A DNA stretch of 56,642 bases, the filler included, from Stramenopiles sp. TOSAG23-3 (Eukaryota), in NCBI GenBank assembly GCA_900128585.1. It is 6 parts of 6 records of this genome, joined end to end, with 100 filler letters (N's around TTAATTAATTAA, not from the genome) between each part and the next. Parts side by side here need not be neighbours in the genome. Positions count along the whole stretch, not along the records: positions 1 to 16,871 come from LT642473.1; 5 more parts are not named here. One strand, 5' to 3'. Positions 1 through 11,548 of this stretch are shown here, piece after piece (the first letter of the stretch is position 1; every line of letters starts with the position of its first letter). The translations under genes were made by a program, and so were the position numbers. A model generated the notes under the pieces. That model saw nothing but the letters and a program-made list of their open reading frames with translations, was not told the DNA's origin and made no database searches.

Positions 1-2
1 CT

Positions 3-335
3 ATTACGCTTGCAGGTACTATTCTGTGGTCCTGCGGAGTGATATTTTGTCTGATTGGGGCGCTACTGATCCTGAATGGGCTTTGCAAAAAATCTAGTGG
101 GGGAGGAAATTCAAACCCCGAATCTGGAGAAAAAACAAAAAGTGTAGAAGTTAAGGCCATCCGGGTTAGAGACTCCGTGTTTGCAAAGAACGAGGCAGCC
201 AGCGATGTAACCGTAAAACCAGGGAATTCAGACTCCCAGAATAATGTGACGGTAGTGCCATCACCAACTGATAAAATTTGGACGGTGGAGGTATGCACGT
301 TCAACCCCTTGCGTCAATCAAAAGGCAAAGTGTAA
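3..335 (+). CDS. 3' end of a membrane protein, 5'-truncated by the window edge
   Basis: The frame is open from base 3 (ITLAGTILWSCGVIFCLIGALLILNGL), giving a hydrophobic TM-like segment and a hydrophilic tail. Stop at 333-335, then AT-rich spacer. Confidence 0.5.
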   Translation: MTLAGTILWSCGVIFCLIGALLILNGLCKKSSGGGNSNPESGEKTKSVEVKAIRVRDSVFAKNEAASDVTVKPGNSDSQNNVTVVPSPTDKIWTVEVCTFNPLRQSKGKV

Positions 336-1005
336 TATGATGCTGTTGCTGTAGACAAATATTAAAATAGCTATTCTATTTCTATTACCAATACTATAAA
401 AGAAAAACGCAATATCAGAAAGACTATTAATGAAATAGGGTACCACCATCCTTTCTTTTTACAACTGGTGCTGTGTCTATATTTATATATTATTTCAGCA
501 CATTTATTTTCATTCACCATCATCATCATCATCGATCCACAAAAAAAATAATAATAATAATAATTTTTGTCTTAATAAAAAAATAAACAAGAACAGCAGC
601 GGCCGGAGACCGCCGCCGATGATGATGATGACCTCCTGACGACGAAAATAATAATAATAACTTGGTATTGAATAGTTGCTCGAAGTCGTCGTACAGCAGG
701 TACCTTCTTCTCTTCTTCTTTTTTTGTTTTGTTGGTGGTGGTGGTACGAAGTATTTTTTTATTAATAATAATAATTTATACTACCGGTACAACAAAAAAA
801 TGTGAAAATTGTACTACCACCACACCGGCGGTAGTTGCTTTTTTATTATTATTTCATACGCGCCGCGGCACGAAAAAATGTACGACCATGTATTTTTGAT
901 CAAAATAACGTGTTCATTTTACTCCGAGATTAAACTTCTGAAATAAAGACCGATCAAATTGGTCGGGGAGATAGAGCACGCAGCCTTTTTCATGCAAGGG
1001 TGGTC

Positions 1006-3490
1006 ATGGAGAAAATTGTTGATCTGTTGGTACCCAGGCCCCGCGAGTACAAAGAGCTCTCTCCGAACTCCACTGGGTACGGACTTTTGAAATTTCTTGT
1101 ACCAAAATGTTTGTATGTAACTTTTGTTAATAAAGATCAATTTTTACCAACGTATCCGTTGCCTAGTTATAACGGAGCGGAAGCACGAAGCGATTTGCTG
1201 GCACATTTTGATGCCTTTTTTGGATTATTCGAATCGTTGAGAGGGGTTACAGTTAAGCGCGACCAAGCGTGCAGCCTTGGAAGCGAAAAGGATTGGTCTT
1301 TAGAGATAGAGATTGACGGTAACGACCAGGAAATATTAGGCAAACAAGGTTATACAATATCGATGAGGAAACCATGGACCATCAAACTTACTGGTTGCAC
1401 ATCTCAGGGACTGTTCTATGGGGCAGTGACTCTTTCACAATTATGGAAAGCCACGGCATGGTTAAATGTAGACTCGGCGCAGGTGGGCGGATTTCGGGTG
1501 ACCGACTACCCGTCAATTCAGCACAGAGGCGTGTTGTATGATGTCACACGGAACCGGGTCCCAAAAATGTCTTACTTGAAACAATTAGTCAATCTCTTTG
1601 CCTCTTTAAAATATAACGAACTCCAATTGTACTGTGAGCACGCATTCGCGTACAAAGATCACAATACAGTGTGGAAGGGCTGCAGTCCTATTACTCACGA
1701 GGAACTGACCGAGTTAAGCGAGTTCTGCGCTCACCGACATATTCGATTGGTAGCAAACCAAAACACGCTAGGACATATGCATAGATGGCTGAAGTATCCT
1801 GAGTATAATGACATGTCTGAATGCCCAGAAGGACACGCGAGCCCTTTCACTCTCGACAAAGAGCCATTTAGTTTAGACCCCACCGACGACCGAACAATAA
1901 AATTAGCGACAGAGTTACTCGACGAGATCCGTGGTACCCTCCGGTGCAGGGATGTTGTCAATGTGAATTTAGACGAAGCATTTGACTTAGGGCTCGGAAA
2001 ATCTAAACGTAAATGTAACGAATCGGGCATTGCAACCGTGTACATGGAATATTTGCAAAAGCTAGTGGAGCATTGTTATTCCAAAAAGATCTCTGAAATG
2101 ATGATTTGGAGCGATTTTTTCTACAACAGGCCAGGGAGTATTGCGTCCATACCAAGAGAGAAAAAGCCTAAATTGTTGGCGAACGACACTGCCGCAGACG
2201 CGTGTAGGTACTCTGGACTGAATGTTACCGTTCTAGAGTGGGGCTACGAAGACAACCACCCGTTTGAAAGGCACTGCAAGCGCTTTGCAAAAGCTGGCAT
2301 CCCCTTTTACGTCTGCCCCGGAACATCGTCATGGACATCATTCTCTGGCCGGACTACGAATGCCATTCGAAATTTGCACATGGCAGCAGCAGCTGGGAAG
2401 CGGCACGGGGCCAAAGGATACCTGGTCACCGAATGGGGCGATTCAGGGCACCTGCAGTCGCCTTCAATTGCTTATTTGCCATTTGTAGTGGGGGCAAGCG
2501 CTTCATGGGGAACGGCAATAAATGGGCCAAAGGAGGCGGAAGAAGAAGGTATCGGTTACGACACAGACTCGTCCTTCGTATCTGCCCTGTTTTCTGTGTG
2601 GGGAAACTCGATAGTTGGACGGGGCTTGTTGATTATTCTCGTCGTCTTCCCAACACTTGTCGTCGTGCACCTTGTTATGTTTGTTGCTGCTATTTTGCTT
2701 TTGCCTTTTGGGGGCAAAGGATCATGCTGCGGCTCGTATGAGAAATATACACGGCAAGTTTTGGATACAGAAAGTGCAACGAAAACTTTCTCCAAACCAA
2801 TCGAGCCGATGTTTAAAGGAATGTCGGTCCGAAAGAGCAAGGACCTTGCAGAACGGTACATAAGCCTGGTCAATTGCCATGTTTTTCCCGGAGACAATAT
2901 GAACGTTCTCGGGAAAATATTGTACGATTTAGGAGAAATCCATAAACAATTTGGAATATGTATACCAAATGGGACATTGCTGTTTTGGGGGCCAATGATG
3001 CCCGAAAGTATGTTCAACAACCGATTGTCTCATTTTTTTCTGAATGTCTTGTTGGATGCGCCTGTTTTACAATCCTTCCTGTCCCTGTTCTGTTTTCTTT
3101 TTGGCAGATTTTTCCCGGGCCTCCTAGGCATCAGTGTTAAATCCATATGCACGACAAAGTTAAGACTAAAATCGCTCCTTCAAGACATTGATTCTTTTGA
3201 TGTCCCAAGAGATACGCTGGGTGATAAACATGCTGCTGTTTTCTTGCGACATCTGGATCGATCGCATATTCATTGGTATACACGAACCCATTTCAAAAAT
3301 TCCTGCTTCGTCTCGGACAAAGAGGATTGAGGAACTAGGGGAACTTATTGCGCAGAAAAAAAAGTTGTGGCTGCGGCGCAGTCGCGTAGGTGGTATGGAA
3401 GAGAGTATGATGTTTCTGAACAGGATTGTTCACATTCTTAAAAGTACAGATTTGCTGGAAACTTCAGAGAAGCCCCACCCGTTGGTGTAA
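1006..3490 (+). CDS. GH20 beta-N-acetylhexosaminidase (bacterial-type) with hydrophobic inserts; frameshift near 3200
   Basis: Motifs DYPSIQHRGVLYDVTRNRVP, LQLYCEH, NQNTLGH, the catalytic DE in NLDEAFDLG, CPGTSSW and TEWGDSGH. The family-like C-terminus (EIRW..ML..C...LWLRRSRVGGMEES) is in the +1 frame (ORF 3188-3490). Confidence 0.85.
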
Positions 3491-3740
3491 GGTCGGGGGG
3501 GCAGTTAGCCCGGTAAAGTTTGTGCGGCAGAAGCTATACGGGCGGTTTTTTCCGCGCCAGAGTGTGCTTCGCATGATCGGAGTGTGTCTGATGTAAGTAT
3601 TAAAACGTAGTACAAAGTATGATAAAATGGGGTGTGTAGGTTTAGTATATAAACGTTTTGATACATCGTACGCATGAGTAACAACAAAATTCGTAAGAGA
3701 TTTCTTGTACTTAACGCCTACCCTCAATGCTTCGCAAACT

Positions 3741-4925
3741 TTAATTAGACTTTTTAGAAAAGTTTTTCAGACCTGCACCTAAGCACGACAACAGCACGGT
3801 CCCATTCGAATAATCTGGCGAGATTTTAAATACCACTGCGAAGAAATCTTTTAAATGTCGAAGGAATTGGATAGTGTATGGAGACAGCTTCCCCAGCCTA
3901 ATTTTGGACACAGACTCCTCGCTAATTGCCATGAACAATAGGTACAAGGACTGAAAGCTAGTGTCCACGCACCCTCCGTTTGCAACCTCTTCGCACAAAA
4001 GTTCTGCGGCGTGTCGCCCAAGGTCTTCCGGTAAGGCCGACGCACCGGCCGTCGCCGCTTGTTCTGCGCACAAAACCACACCACTGGTCGTTTCCGCAAT
4101 CAGTGATAGACCAAACCCCGGAGAATTCCCAGACTCGTCCCCTTTGTAATGGTCTGTGTATATGTAAACGTCCGTTATCCAATGGTTCAAAAGTCCCCGG
4201 GCACTATCCACCATTCGATTTGCAGTTTGCGGAGAAACGCGAGTTGAGTATGCAAGGCCCCTCATCCTCTTGATTTTCCCTTCGTCAATGCGCAAAATGG
4301 GAGGTATCGTTTTTACTATTGGTGAGGTGAACACAACCTCCCCTCCACCTTTTGGGGGGGCGCCACGCTTGTTTATTCTCAAAGACAGGCTCTTTCCGAA
4401 CCCGAACGTCTTCTTTAAACCAGGCAGCAGACCACTTCGTATTGCGTCTACGGACATATCAGTATTGTCGTTCGTGATCCCCAAGAGGGTAAGGGTTACC
4501 GGTTTCTTTGCGAACACCGCGAGTGGAACCACCCCTTCCAAGTAATACCCCACCGACCTTTCGGTACCACAATCATGCTCCACTTTACCCCCCGTGACAA
4601 AACCAGGACGAAAGTAAAGGGTGGTACCGGTGACGTTGATTTCAATTTTTGTCCCATTCGTGAGTTTGTCCAGAAGGCGCAGCAAGTTGGCTTCAAAAGG
4701 CCGCATGCCAGGACGCTCGTCCCGGTCACGAATGTTTTCTATTTTTATCGGGCGCCCGCTCAACAAGGAGCATATCAGACGCTGCCTGAAATTTTTTGTT
4801 CCTTTAAAGTGCAACACGGACGAGGTGCGTTTCTTAGCCTTCTTCTTTACCTTGTTCTGCCCGAGCAGGGACGCCTCACCGCCCTCTTCGCTCGGGGCAG
4901 CCCGTTTAGAGCCCACCTTAGACAT
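3741..4925 (-). CDS. RCL1: RNA 3'-terminal phosphate cyclase-like protein RCL1 (18S rRNA biogenesis)
   Basis: FRQRLICSLLSGRPIKIENIR, INKRGAPPKGGGEV, YSTRVSPQTANRMVDSAR, SPGFGLSLIAET and LRHLKDFF are RCL1 motifs. Confidence 0.95.
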   Translation of the reverse strand: MSKVGSKRAAPSEEGGEASLLGQNKVKKKAKKRTSSVLHFKGTKNFRQRLICSLLSGRPIKIENIRDRDERPGMRPFEANLLRLLDKLTNGTKIEINVTGTTLYFRPGFVTGGKVEHDCGTERSVGYYLEGVVPLAVFAKKPVTLTLLGITNDNTDMSVDAIRSGLLPGLKKTFGFGKSLSLRINKRGAPPKGGGEVVFTSPIVKTIPPILRIDEGKIKRMRGLAYSTRVSPQTANRMVDSARGLLNHWITDVYIYTDHYKGDESGNSPGFGLSLIAETTSGVVLCAEQAATAGASALPEDLGRHAAELLCEEVANGGCVDTSFQSLYLLFMAISEESVSKIRLGKLSPYTIQFLRHLKDFFAVVFKISPDYSNGTVLLSCLGAGLKNFSKKSN

Positions 4926-6004
4926 TTCACTTGAAGCGCTGTTTTAATACCCCGAACAGAAAAAAGAAAAACAATGCGTGAACGAATTCAATAATTTCCA
5001 ATGAACGGTTTATTTCCAGATCGTCAACAATAAATGTATTTTTATTGAGTCACCATTAACAAACATACACAACCCTCAATCAGTATCTCAAACGAACTCA
5101 CATTCATTATTTCTTTTGTTACTTCTTGATGATGGTTTTCTATCTATAATTATTATCGCGATGATTCGATCACTCCTCCTTCTCCTCCTCCCTCACTCAG
5201 CGACCTTTTTTTCTTGCCCGTCCACCCAAATAAATAATATTCAATACTACTTATATCCAAATATTATAATGATAAGCAATATACATATTAATTATACAAA
5301 TATAGTAATATACGTAATTATAAACATTTGCGAACTAATTATTTATTGAACTGATTCGAAGTGCGATATGTATGCTGTGTAGTTATTAAACGAAGGTCCA
5401 CTTATTTGGCCGTGGTTTCCTCGTAGCTAAGCAATGTACAAACAGTTCCAATATTTTATCCAATGCTATTCAATGTATATTAAATATTGTGGAGTATTTC
5501 CTTCTTCCTCAAACTATCAGGACCATCCATCCATCGAAGGCTCTTAATTATATATCTCATACTGTATCATCATAGCATCATCATTTCTATTTTATTTTTT
5601 ATATTTTATAGTCCTAGAAGAAATTGTTGTTTTGTTGGAGGAGAGCCGCGATGATGTGTTTATAGTTCTTCTCCTCTGAAGAAGAAAGAAGAAGAAAGAA
5701 AGAAAGAAGAAGGAAAGAAGAAGTGGAGTGTAATAATAGTCTAATAATAATATAATAATAAGAAGTGGGTGGGTCATTAATAACAACACAACAATTATTA
5801 TAAAATATAAATAATAATAATTTGTACTTCCAGTGGTCTACGCACAGACTGATCAATGTAGAAGAAAGATTTATAAATGGGAAGTAATTTCTTCGATACA
5901 CATTAGATGCATTCTATTTCATAAAGGAGCGAGATTGTGGTAGGTACAGTCTTACAAAACATTGTTATTTTCCGTCTTCACTTCCGTGCATTTATATATA
6001 GGTT

Positions 6005-7683
6005 ATGAGTGGTTTTGCAGATGACGGGTTCGGGGAGGACGTGCTTGCCCTGTCCGCCCCGCAAGAAGAGAAGAAACGGGTTATCTCAAAGAAAAGCAAA
6101 AATATGAACCGACAGCGAAAAGAGGAGGAAGAGGCGTTGGCAAAGAATAAGAAAAAAATGAAGAAGCGATTGAACAAGAAAAAACAACAGTATGAACGAA
6201 CTGTTCCCCAGGACGAAGGAGCAGCTAAGCAGCCGGTGAGAAAAATGAAAGACAAAAAGTTGAAGAGTCGAGTACAGCGGGGGGAAAACACTCGGAGACT
6301 GCGGGTTATCTAGAAGCAGAGGGCACGGAGAGGACTTACCGCTTCAAACAGAGAGAGATAAAAGAAGCGGTGGATGTGAACACAGCGAACAAGAGCTTTG
6401 AGCTGCGCCTTGAAGACACCGGCCCGTACTGCCTTGACTACACGCGCAACGGGCGTTACCTAGCCCTCGGGGGTGCGGACGGTCATTTGGCCCTGATCGA
6501 CTCCTTGCACAACAAAGGAAAATTAGAAGTTTCGGTGGGGGAGACGATAAAAGATATCAAATTTTTGCACAACCAAACCATGTTTGCGGTCGCTCAGAAG
6601 AAGTACGCATATATTTACGACGACAACGGCATTGAACTTCACTGCTTGAAGCACCATATCGAACCCACTCGCTTGGAATTTTTGCCCTATCATTTTTTGC
6701 TTGTCTCGGCCGGACGCACAGGGTACATCAAATGGCAAGACACGTCCACCGGAGAACTTTGCTCGGAGGCCAGGACAAAGCTAGGGGCGTGCTCTGTACT
6801 GAAGCAAAACCCATACAACGCCGTCGTGTGCGCTGGCCATGCTGGCGGAACGGTGACAATGTGGTCCCCTACGATGAAAGAGCCTCTGGTGAAAATGTTG
6901 TGCCACCGTGGGCCTTTGACGGGCATTGCGGTGGACCGTTCAGGGTACAACATGGTAACAACTGGAATGGATGCCCAGATGAAAGTGTGGGACATTCGAA
7001 CATTTAGGCCCGTGCACGAGTACTATACCAGCAGGCCTGCGTCGACGGTCGACATTAGCCAGCGTGGCATCATAGGTGTCGGGTTCGGTTCGTATGTTCA
7101 GCTGTGGAAGGATGCCCTCCGCGTAAAAGCAAAGTCGCCGTATTTAAGGCATTCGTTCGCCGACGGAAGTGCTGTAAGCCGGATTAGGTTTCGCCCTTAT
7201 GAAGATATATGTGGGATCGGCCACGCCAAAGGGTTTTCGTCCATAATCGTCCCAGGTTCCGGGGAGCCTAACTTTGATGCATTCGAAGCAAATCCTTACC
7301 AAACGCAAAAACAACAGAGGGAGTCCACCGTGCACGCGCTGCTTGACAAACTCCAACCGGATATGATTCAACTAGACCCGGCGAACATCGGCCGGGTAGA
7401 CCGAGCCCCAACCGAGATTATAATGAAAGAGCGAAAGTTAGCAGCTGAAGCAAACGCTGCAGCTTCTGGAAAACCGAAAAAAGAGAAAAGAAAAGCCCGC
7501 GGGCGAAACAAGATAGGAAAACGATTGAAGAAGAAACACCAGAATATCATAACGAAAGAAAGGGTCCATCTCAGAGAGATGGCTGAAGAGCGGAGGCGCT
7601 TAGAGAAGCAGCAGAGAGACGAAGCAAAAAAAAAAACCGACGGGGCGCTGGGAATTTTTGCAAGGAAGAAAAAAACTTTCTGA
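6005..7683 (+). CDS. WDR46: U3 snoRNP WD40 protein UTP7/WDR46; frameshift and apparent deletion near 6285
   Basis: GPYCLDYTRNGR, FAVAQKKYAYIYD, LEFLPYHFLL and the BING4CT motif VPGSGEPNFDAFEANPY. The N-terminal part (KMKDKKLK) is in ORF 6005-6313, and GYLEAEG..TYRFKQ continues in the frame of ORF 6370-7683. Confidence 0.9.
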
Positions 7684-7803
7684 GCTGCGTTGCGACGATC
7701 CTGTCGCCGCAGAGCATTTCTACGAGCGTTGTGTGGTGCAATGTTTAATAATTTCATTTGACCTCTGTAAACTTTAAAAACTTCTCGTGAATAAAGAACA
7801 AAT

Positions 7804-7978
7804 TAAATAACAGCCAATTTTCTTGTTTTTAAAAGTCAAATTAAATATAGTATGCTTTACTTCCGTAAATAAAAACAAGAAAATTGGCGGCTGTTATTTT
7901 TTATAAGTAATTAAATTTAGCTTCCTCATACCCTAATCCTAACTTGGTTCTGTAATTTTGTTTCGTTGTTGGTTGTCA
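7804..7978. repeat. Dispersed 3'-flank repeat: inverted pair of the 27-nt module plus a TTAGGATTAGGG module (minus strand)
   Basis: TAAATAACAGCCAATTTTCTTGTTTTT at 7804-7830, with an inverted copy at 7871-7899. The reverse complement of 7908-7978 matches 23686-23756 with 2 mismatches. Confidence 0.85.
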
Positions 7979-8207
7979 TTTTTAGGCTGAAAATAACAGA
8001 GAGATAAGGTCAAAATTATCACGAACACCGTATGGAAATAAAAAATATAGCAATTTAGACACCACGCAGCATCGATAGAATATCTCATTTACGAAGTACA
8101 AAGTAATTTAAATTAAATTAATGTTCGTACCTCGTACCCAGTAATCAATATACTACGCACGAATTATACTTTTTACTCCGGCGTAGTATTTTCTTGAAGT
8201 TAGAGGC

Positions 8208-9584
8208 CTACGGGCTTCTTAGCCAAGACGACTGCAGCAATTCTGCTGCTGTCATTCTCTTCTTGGGATCGATTTGTAAGAGCCGAGATAGGCAGCTTTT
8301 GCACTGGGGCGAGATGCCATGAAAAACTTCATCCGGAAATTCAACTGTTTGGCACATGATTCGTTGAACCCCTCGGTGAAGACTATCACTTTCATCACTC
8401 TCCTCAAAAGGCATGCACCCCGATATGCTTGCGTAAAGAGTGACCCCTAATGCCCACATGTCCACTGCAAACGTGTACGCGCCATTTTCAGATTTTGTGC
8501 AATTGGAAGACGCCCTAACGTTCCCCTTCCCAAGCAACATTTCCGGCGCAACGTAGCCAGCAGTACCTAGAAACGACCGCGTGTACTCAGCCGCCCGGCT
8601 AAAGCCAAAATCAATGAATTTAACGCTGGATAAATTCCCCGGCTCTTGCAACAGTATGTTTTCCGGCTTCACATCCCGGTGCATAATCTTTCGCGCGTGC
8701 AAGTATTCCAGAGCTCCAGCTAGCTGCGTCGCGACAACTTTGACGTCTGTCTCACTCAGGCCGTCGGAAGAGTCAATAATATGTTCAAATAACTCGCCCC
8801 CTCTGCATTCTTCCATTATTATGTATATGTGCGATGGCGTTTCGTAGCAGGCAATAAAAGATGCAATCCCTGGGTGATTAATTCTTTTCAAAAGCGTCGC
8901 TTCGTTCCTTGCCATACGAACGATTTTATCTTTCCTAGCCATGCTTAAGGACAGCCTCTGTTTGTCCATTACCTTGCACGCAACTCTTATTTCCCGTTTA
9001 AACCGTGGATACGCTTTGTACACAACAGACGACGAGCCTTTTCCCAAAAACAGATTGCAGTCGACTGCCCAATGCCGTCGAAACAGTGACGATGGACTCA
9101 ATGTGGATTGGGAAGAATCCATCTTCAAGTCCGTTACTAGACTACTCAACTCGGGAGGTAAACACCTTGGATCTGCAAAAGTCAAGTGTTCCATCGTCCC
9201 CTTGCGCTTTCGGCGAGGGGATATTAATTTTTGGGCAAAGCGCATGCAAGGGGACATGTTGTTGGTTTCTACTCGGGGTGTTTCGCCATTTGTTTCAGGG
9301 ACAATCGTTGATATCGCAGTGTCTACTATGTTCTCTACCCGGGACTGGATATGATCTCGGACTAGAACATTTATTGGTTTCCTTGGAGACGCATTTTTTT
9401 GTTCCGATGGAGCACATTCTGGAGAAACTGAGACAAAATACCTTTCCTCTACCAGTTCATCATCATTGTTATTGTTCTTTTTCTCATAACCACGGTCCCC
9501 TGCGGAGATCAAACTAGGGGCCTGTGAGTTAGTGACCGTCTCCAGCTGCGTGCCGCGCGGTAGACTTGAAATACCCCCTCCCAT
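8208..9584 (-). CDS. CAMK-group Ser/Thr protein kinase
   Basis: LGKGSSSVV, VACK, EECRGGELF, HRDVKPEN, DFG, GTAGYVAPE and DMWALGV. The likely start MGGGISS at 9584 is N-myristoylation-like. Confidence 0.9.
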   Translation of the reverse strand: MGGGISSLPRGTQLETVTNSQAPSLISAGDRGYEKKNNNNDDELVEERYFVSVSPECAPSEQKNASPRKPINVLVRDHIQSRVENIVDTAISTIVPETNGETPRVETNNMSPCMRFAQKLISPRRKRKGTMEHLTFADPRCLPPELSSLVTDLKMDSSQSTLSPSSLFRRHWAVDCNLFLGKGSSSVVYKAYPRFKREIRVACKVMDKQRLSLSMARKDKIVRMARNEATLLKRINHPGIASFIACYETPSHIYIIMEECRGGELFEHIIDSSDGLSETDVKVVATQLAGALEYLHARKIMHRDVKPENILLQEPGNLSSVKFIDFGFSRAAEYTRSFLGTAGYVAPEMLLGKGNVRASSNCTKSENGAYTFAVDMWALGVTLYASISGCMPFEESDESDSLHRGVQRIMCQTVEFPDEVFHGISPQCKSCLSRLLQIDPKKRMTAAELLQSSWLRSP

Positions 9585-10690
9585 CTTCTTTCCCCCGTTC
9601 TTTGTGTTGTTAAGTTTCACTAACGCGAGGAAATCTTTACAAGCGATTCCAAACTCTTCCCAAAATATAACGATGTAATCTAATGGAACGCACACTTAAG
9701 AGGGATATAAAGTATAATATTCTTTGCAAATAGAACAAAAGGGATTGGCTTTACTATTAGTTTATTATTGATTGAAAATTCACCGGACCAATCTTTCTTT
9801 CTTTCTTCTTTTGTTACAGCTACACCACCCACACACAACCTTTATTATAATTATTTTTTTTTATCAAAAAAGTAATTGAAATAGTAGTATATGATTTTAC
9901 AACAATATAAAATACATACAAATAGTATATGTAAATTATTACCAACAACATCATCGTCCTACTACTAACTAAGAACCTAACCCAAAAAAAATAATAAAGA
10001 AATGGTAAAACGATTTCAAAAACAAATGCTGTGACCGGTACCGGTATGACCGTACGAATTGTACTAATTTCTTTAAAATATCTCTTCTTCTTTCTTTCTT
10101 TCTTTCTTTCTTCTTTCATCAATTTAAAAAATGTGAGGGACGACAGAGAAACCTGATCGCTGCTCTGACCAAAATATTATAGAAGGGAATATAATGGCAA
10201 TAAATATAGTATTAATTAGGACTAATTTTTTTATAAAGATAATCCAATAAAATAGAAAGAAAAAAGAAGAAAGAAAAGAAGAAGAACGAAGAAGACAAAT
10301 ATTTCACAAAGAGGAGTACTACAATAAATAATTCCACTTTATATTTATTACTTAAAAATGTGTTAGTTTATGAATTATTATTAGGGATATTTCCCTACTC
10401 TGCAATTTTCAATTTTCAATTTGACACCGCATTATTATTATATTATAATATTCCTGTACTGTGTGGTGCTGCCCACCACTGGATGAAGCGCGGCGCCGCG
10501 GCGCCGCCAAAAAAAATAATTATGATCATCAATTTCACACACCAATTTTTGAATTTCTTATTGTGTCAATACATCATAGACGACTTTATTATATATATAT
10601 ACGGATTTAATCCATGGATTGACAGTACGTTTCATTTGAAAGAAAGGAGGTTTGATGATAGAAGGGCTGTTTTTTCACGGCAAGAGCCCT

Positions 10691-10691
<1 letters not shown>

Positions 10692-10721
<30 letters not shown>
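10692..10721. repeat. Poly-C tract (30 nt)
   Basis: Directly visible, 11 nt upstream of the carrier ATG. Confidence 0.9.
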
Positions 10722-10732
10722 TAGTTGGGAAG

Positions 10733-11548
10733 ATGGACTGTGACAAGCCTAAGAAACCAGTCGATGAAGAGAGCTTTTTTGTGTCGTCGGAGGACCCCCT
10801 TTATAAATCTGTGGTCTTTGGGGCCGTATCGGGAACCAGTGTCGTGCTAGTGGGACACCCGTTGGATTCCATTAAAGTTCGGTTGCAAACGGCGTCTACG
10901 AAGAATATGTTTAGAAACCTGTATAAAGGAGTAGGTCCGCCACTGATGGCTGTAATACCGTCTTGGGTTGCTGTGTTCATGGCGTACGGCTCGGCTTTGA
11001 AGTTTTTGGGGGACGATAGCATGGTCAATGTAGCCCTCGCGGGCGGTTTCAGCGGATTATTCTATACAATGGCAGTGTGCCCTTTTGAATTCGTTAAAGT
11101 AAATGCGCAACGGTCCCAAGTCAATACAATGACAGCGTTTAAACATTTGCAAAAAGAAGTCGGCATATCGGGGCTTTATCGTGGCGTTGGAGTCTGCCTT
11201 GGGCGAGATGTCTTCCAAAGCATGGCGTATTACATATGCGCCGAATCCTTGAACAGGAGCGCTTTTATGAAGCGATATTTTAGCGATGAATCTCGACCAT
11301 TTTTCTCAGGTGCGTTTACTGGTCTATGCCACTGTATGGTTGAGTACCCCTTTGATACAATTAAAACGCGCATGCAAACCGAGTTGCATTTGAAATCGTA
11401 TAGGCAATGCATCACAGAGTTCCTCAAAGACAAGAAGCAAGTGAGGTCAGCCCAGAAGGCTATTTTTCCGATGTTGACCCGCGCCGTGCTGGCTCATGGA
11501 GCCAGTTTTTTCGTCATCAAGAACTTTAAATCGTTTATGGATTGGTAA
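10733..11548 (+). CDS. Mitochondrial carrier (SLC25), carnitine/ornithine carrier-like
   Basis: Three PX[DE]XX[KR] signatures: PLDSIKVRLQ, PFEFVKVNAQ and PFDTIKTRMQ. Confidence 0.9.
   Translation: MDCDKPKKPVDEESFFVSSEDPLYKSVVFGAVSGTSVVLVGHPLDSIKVRLQTASTKNMFRNLYKGVGPPLMAVIPSWVAVFMAYGSALKFLGDDSMVNVALAGGFSGLFYTMAVCPFEFVKVNAQRSQVNTMTAFKHLQKEVGISGLYRGVGVCLGRDVFQSMAYYICAESLNRSAFMKRYFSDESRPFFSGAFTGLCHCMVEYPFDTIKTRMQTELHLKSYRQCITEFLKDKKQVRSAQKAIFPMLTRAVLAHGASFFVIKNFKSFMDW

Noticed and set aside
5116-5901. ORFs in AT-rich spacers (also 9820-10122, 26741-27314, 44856-45405, 54025-54261)
   Set aside because: They are low-complexity translations of microsatellite-rich intergenic DNA.
6272-6297. 26-nt GT-AG mini-intron or -1 slippery site repairing WDR46
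   Set aside because: Splicing would restore the frame but remove still more conserved sequence. The G6A4 run is not in the canonical X XXY YYZ phase, and neither explains the missing residues.
10652-10732. Poly-proline N-terminal extension of the carrier
   Set aside because: It derives from the poly-C run and a non-ATG start. The run length may be an artefact.
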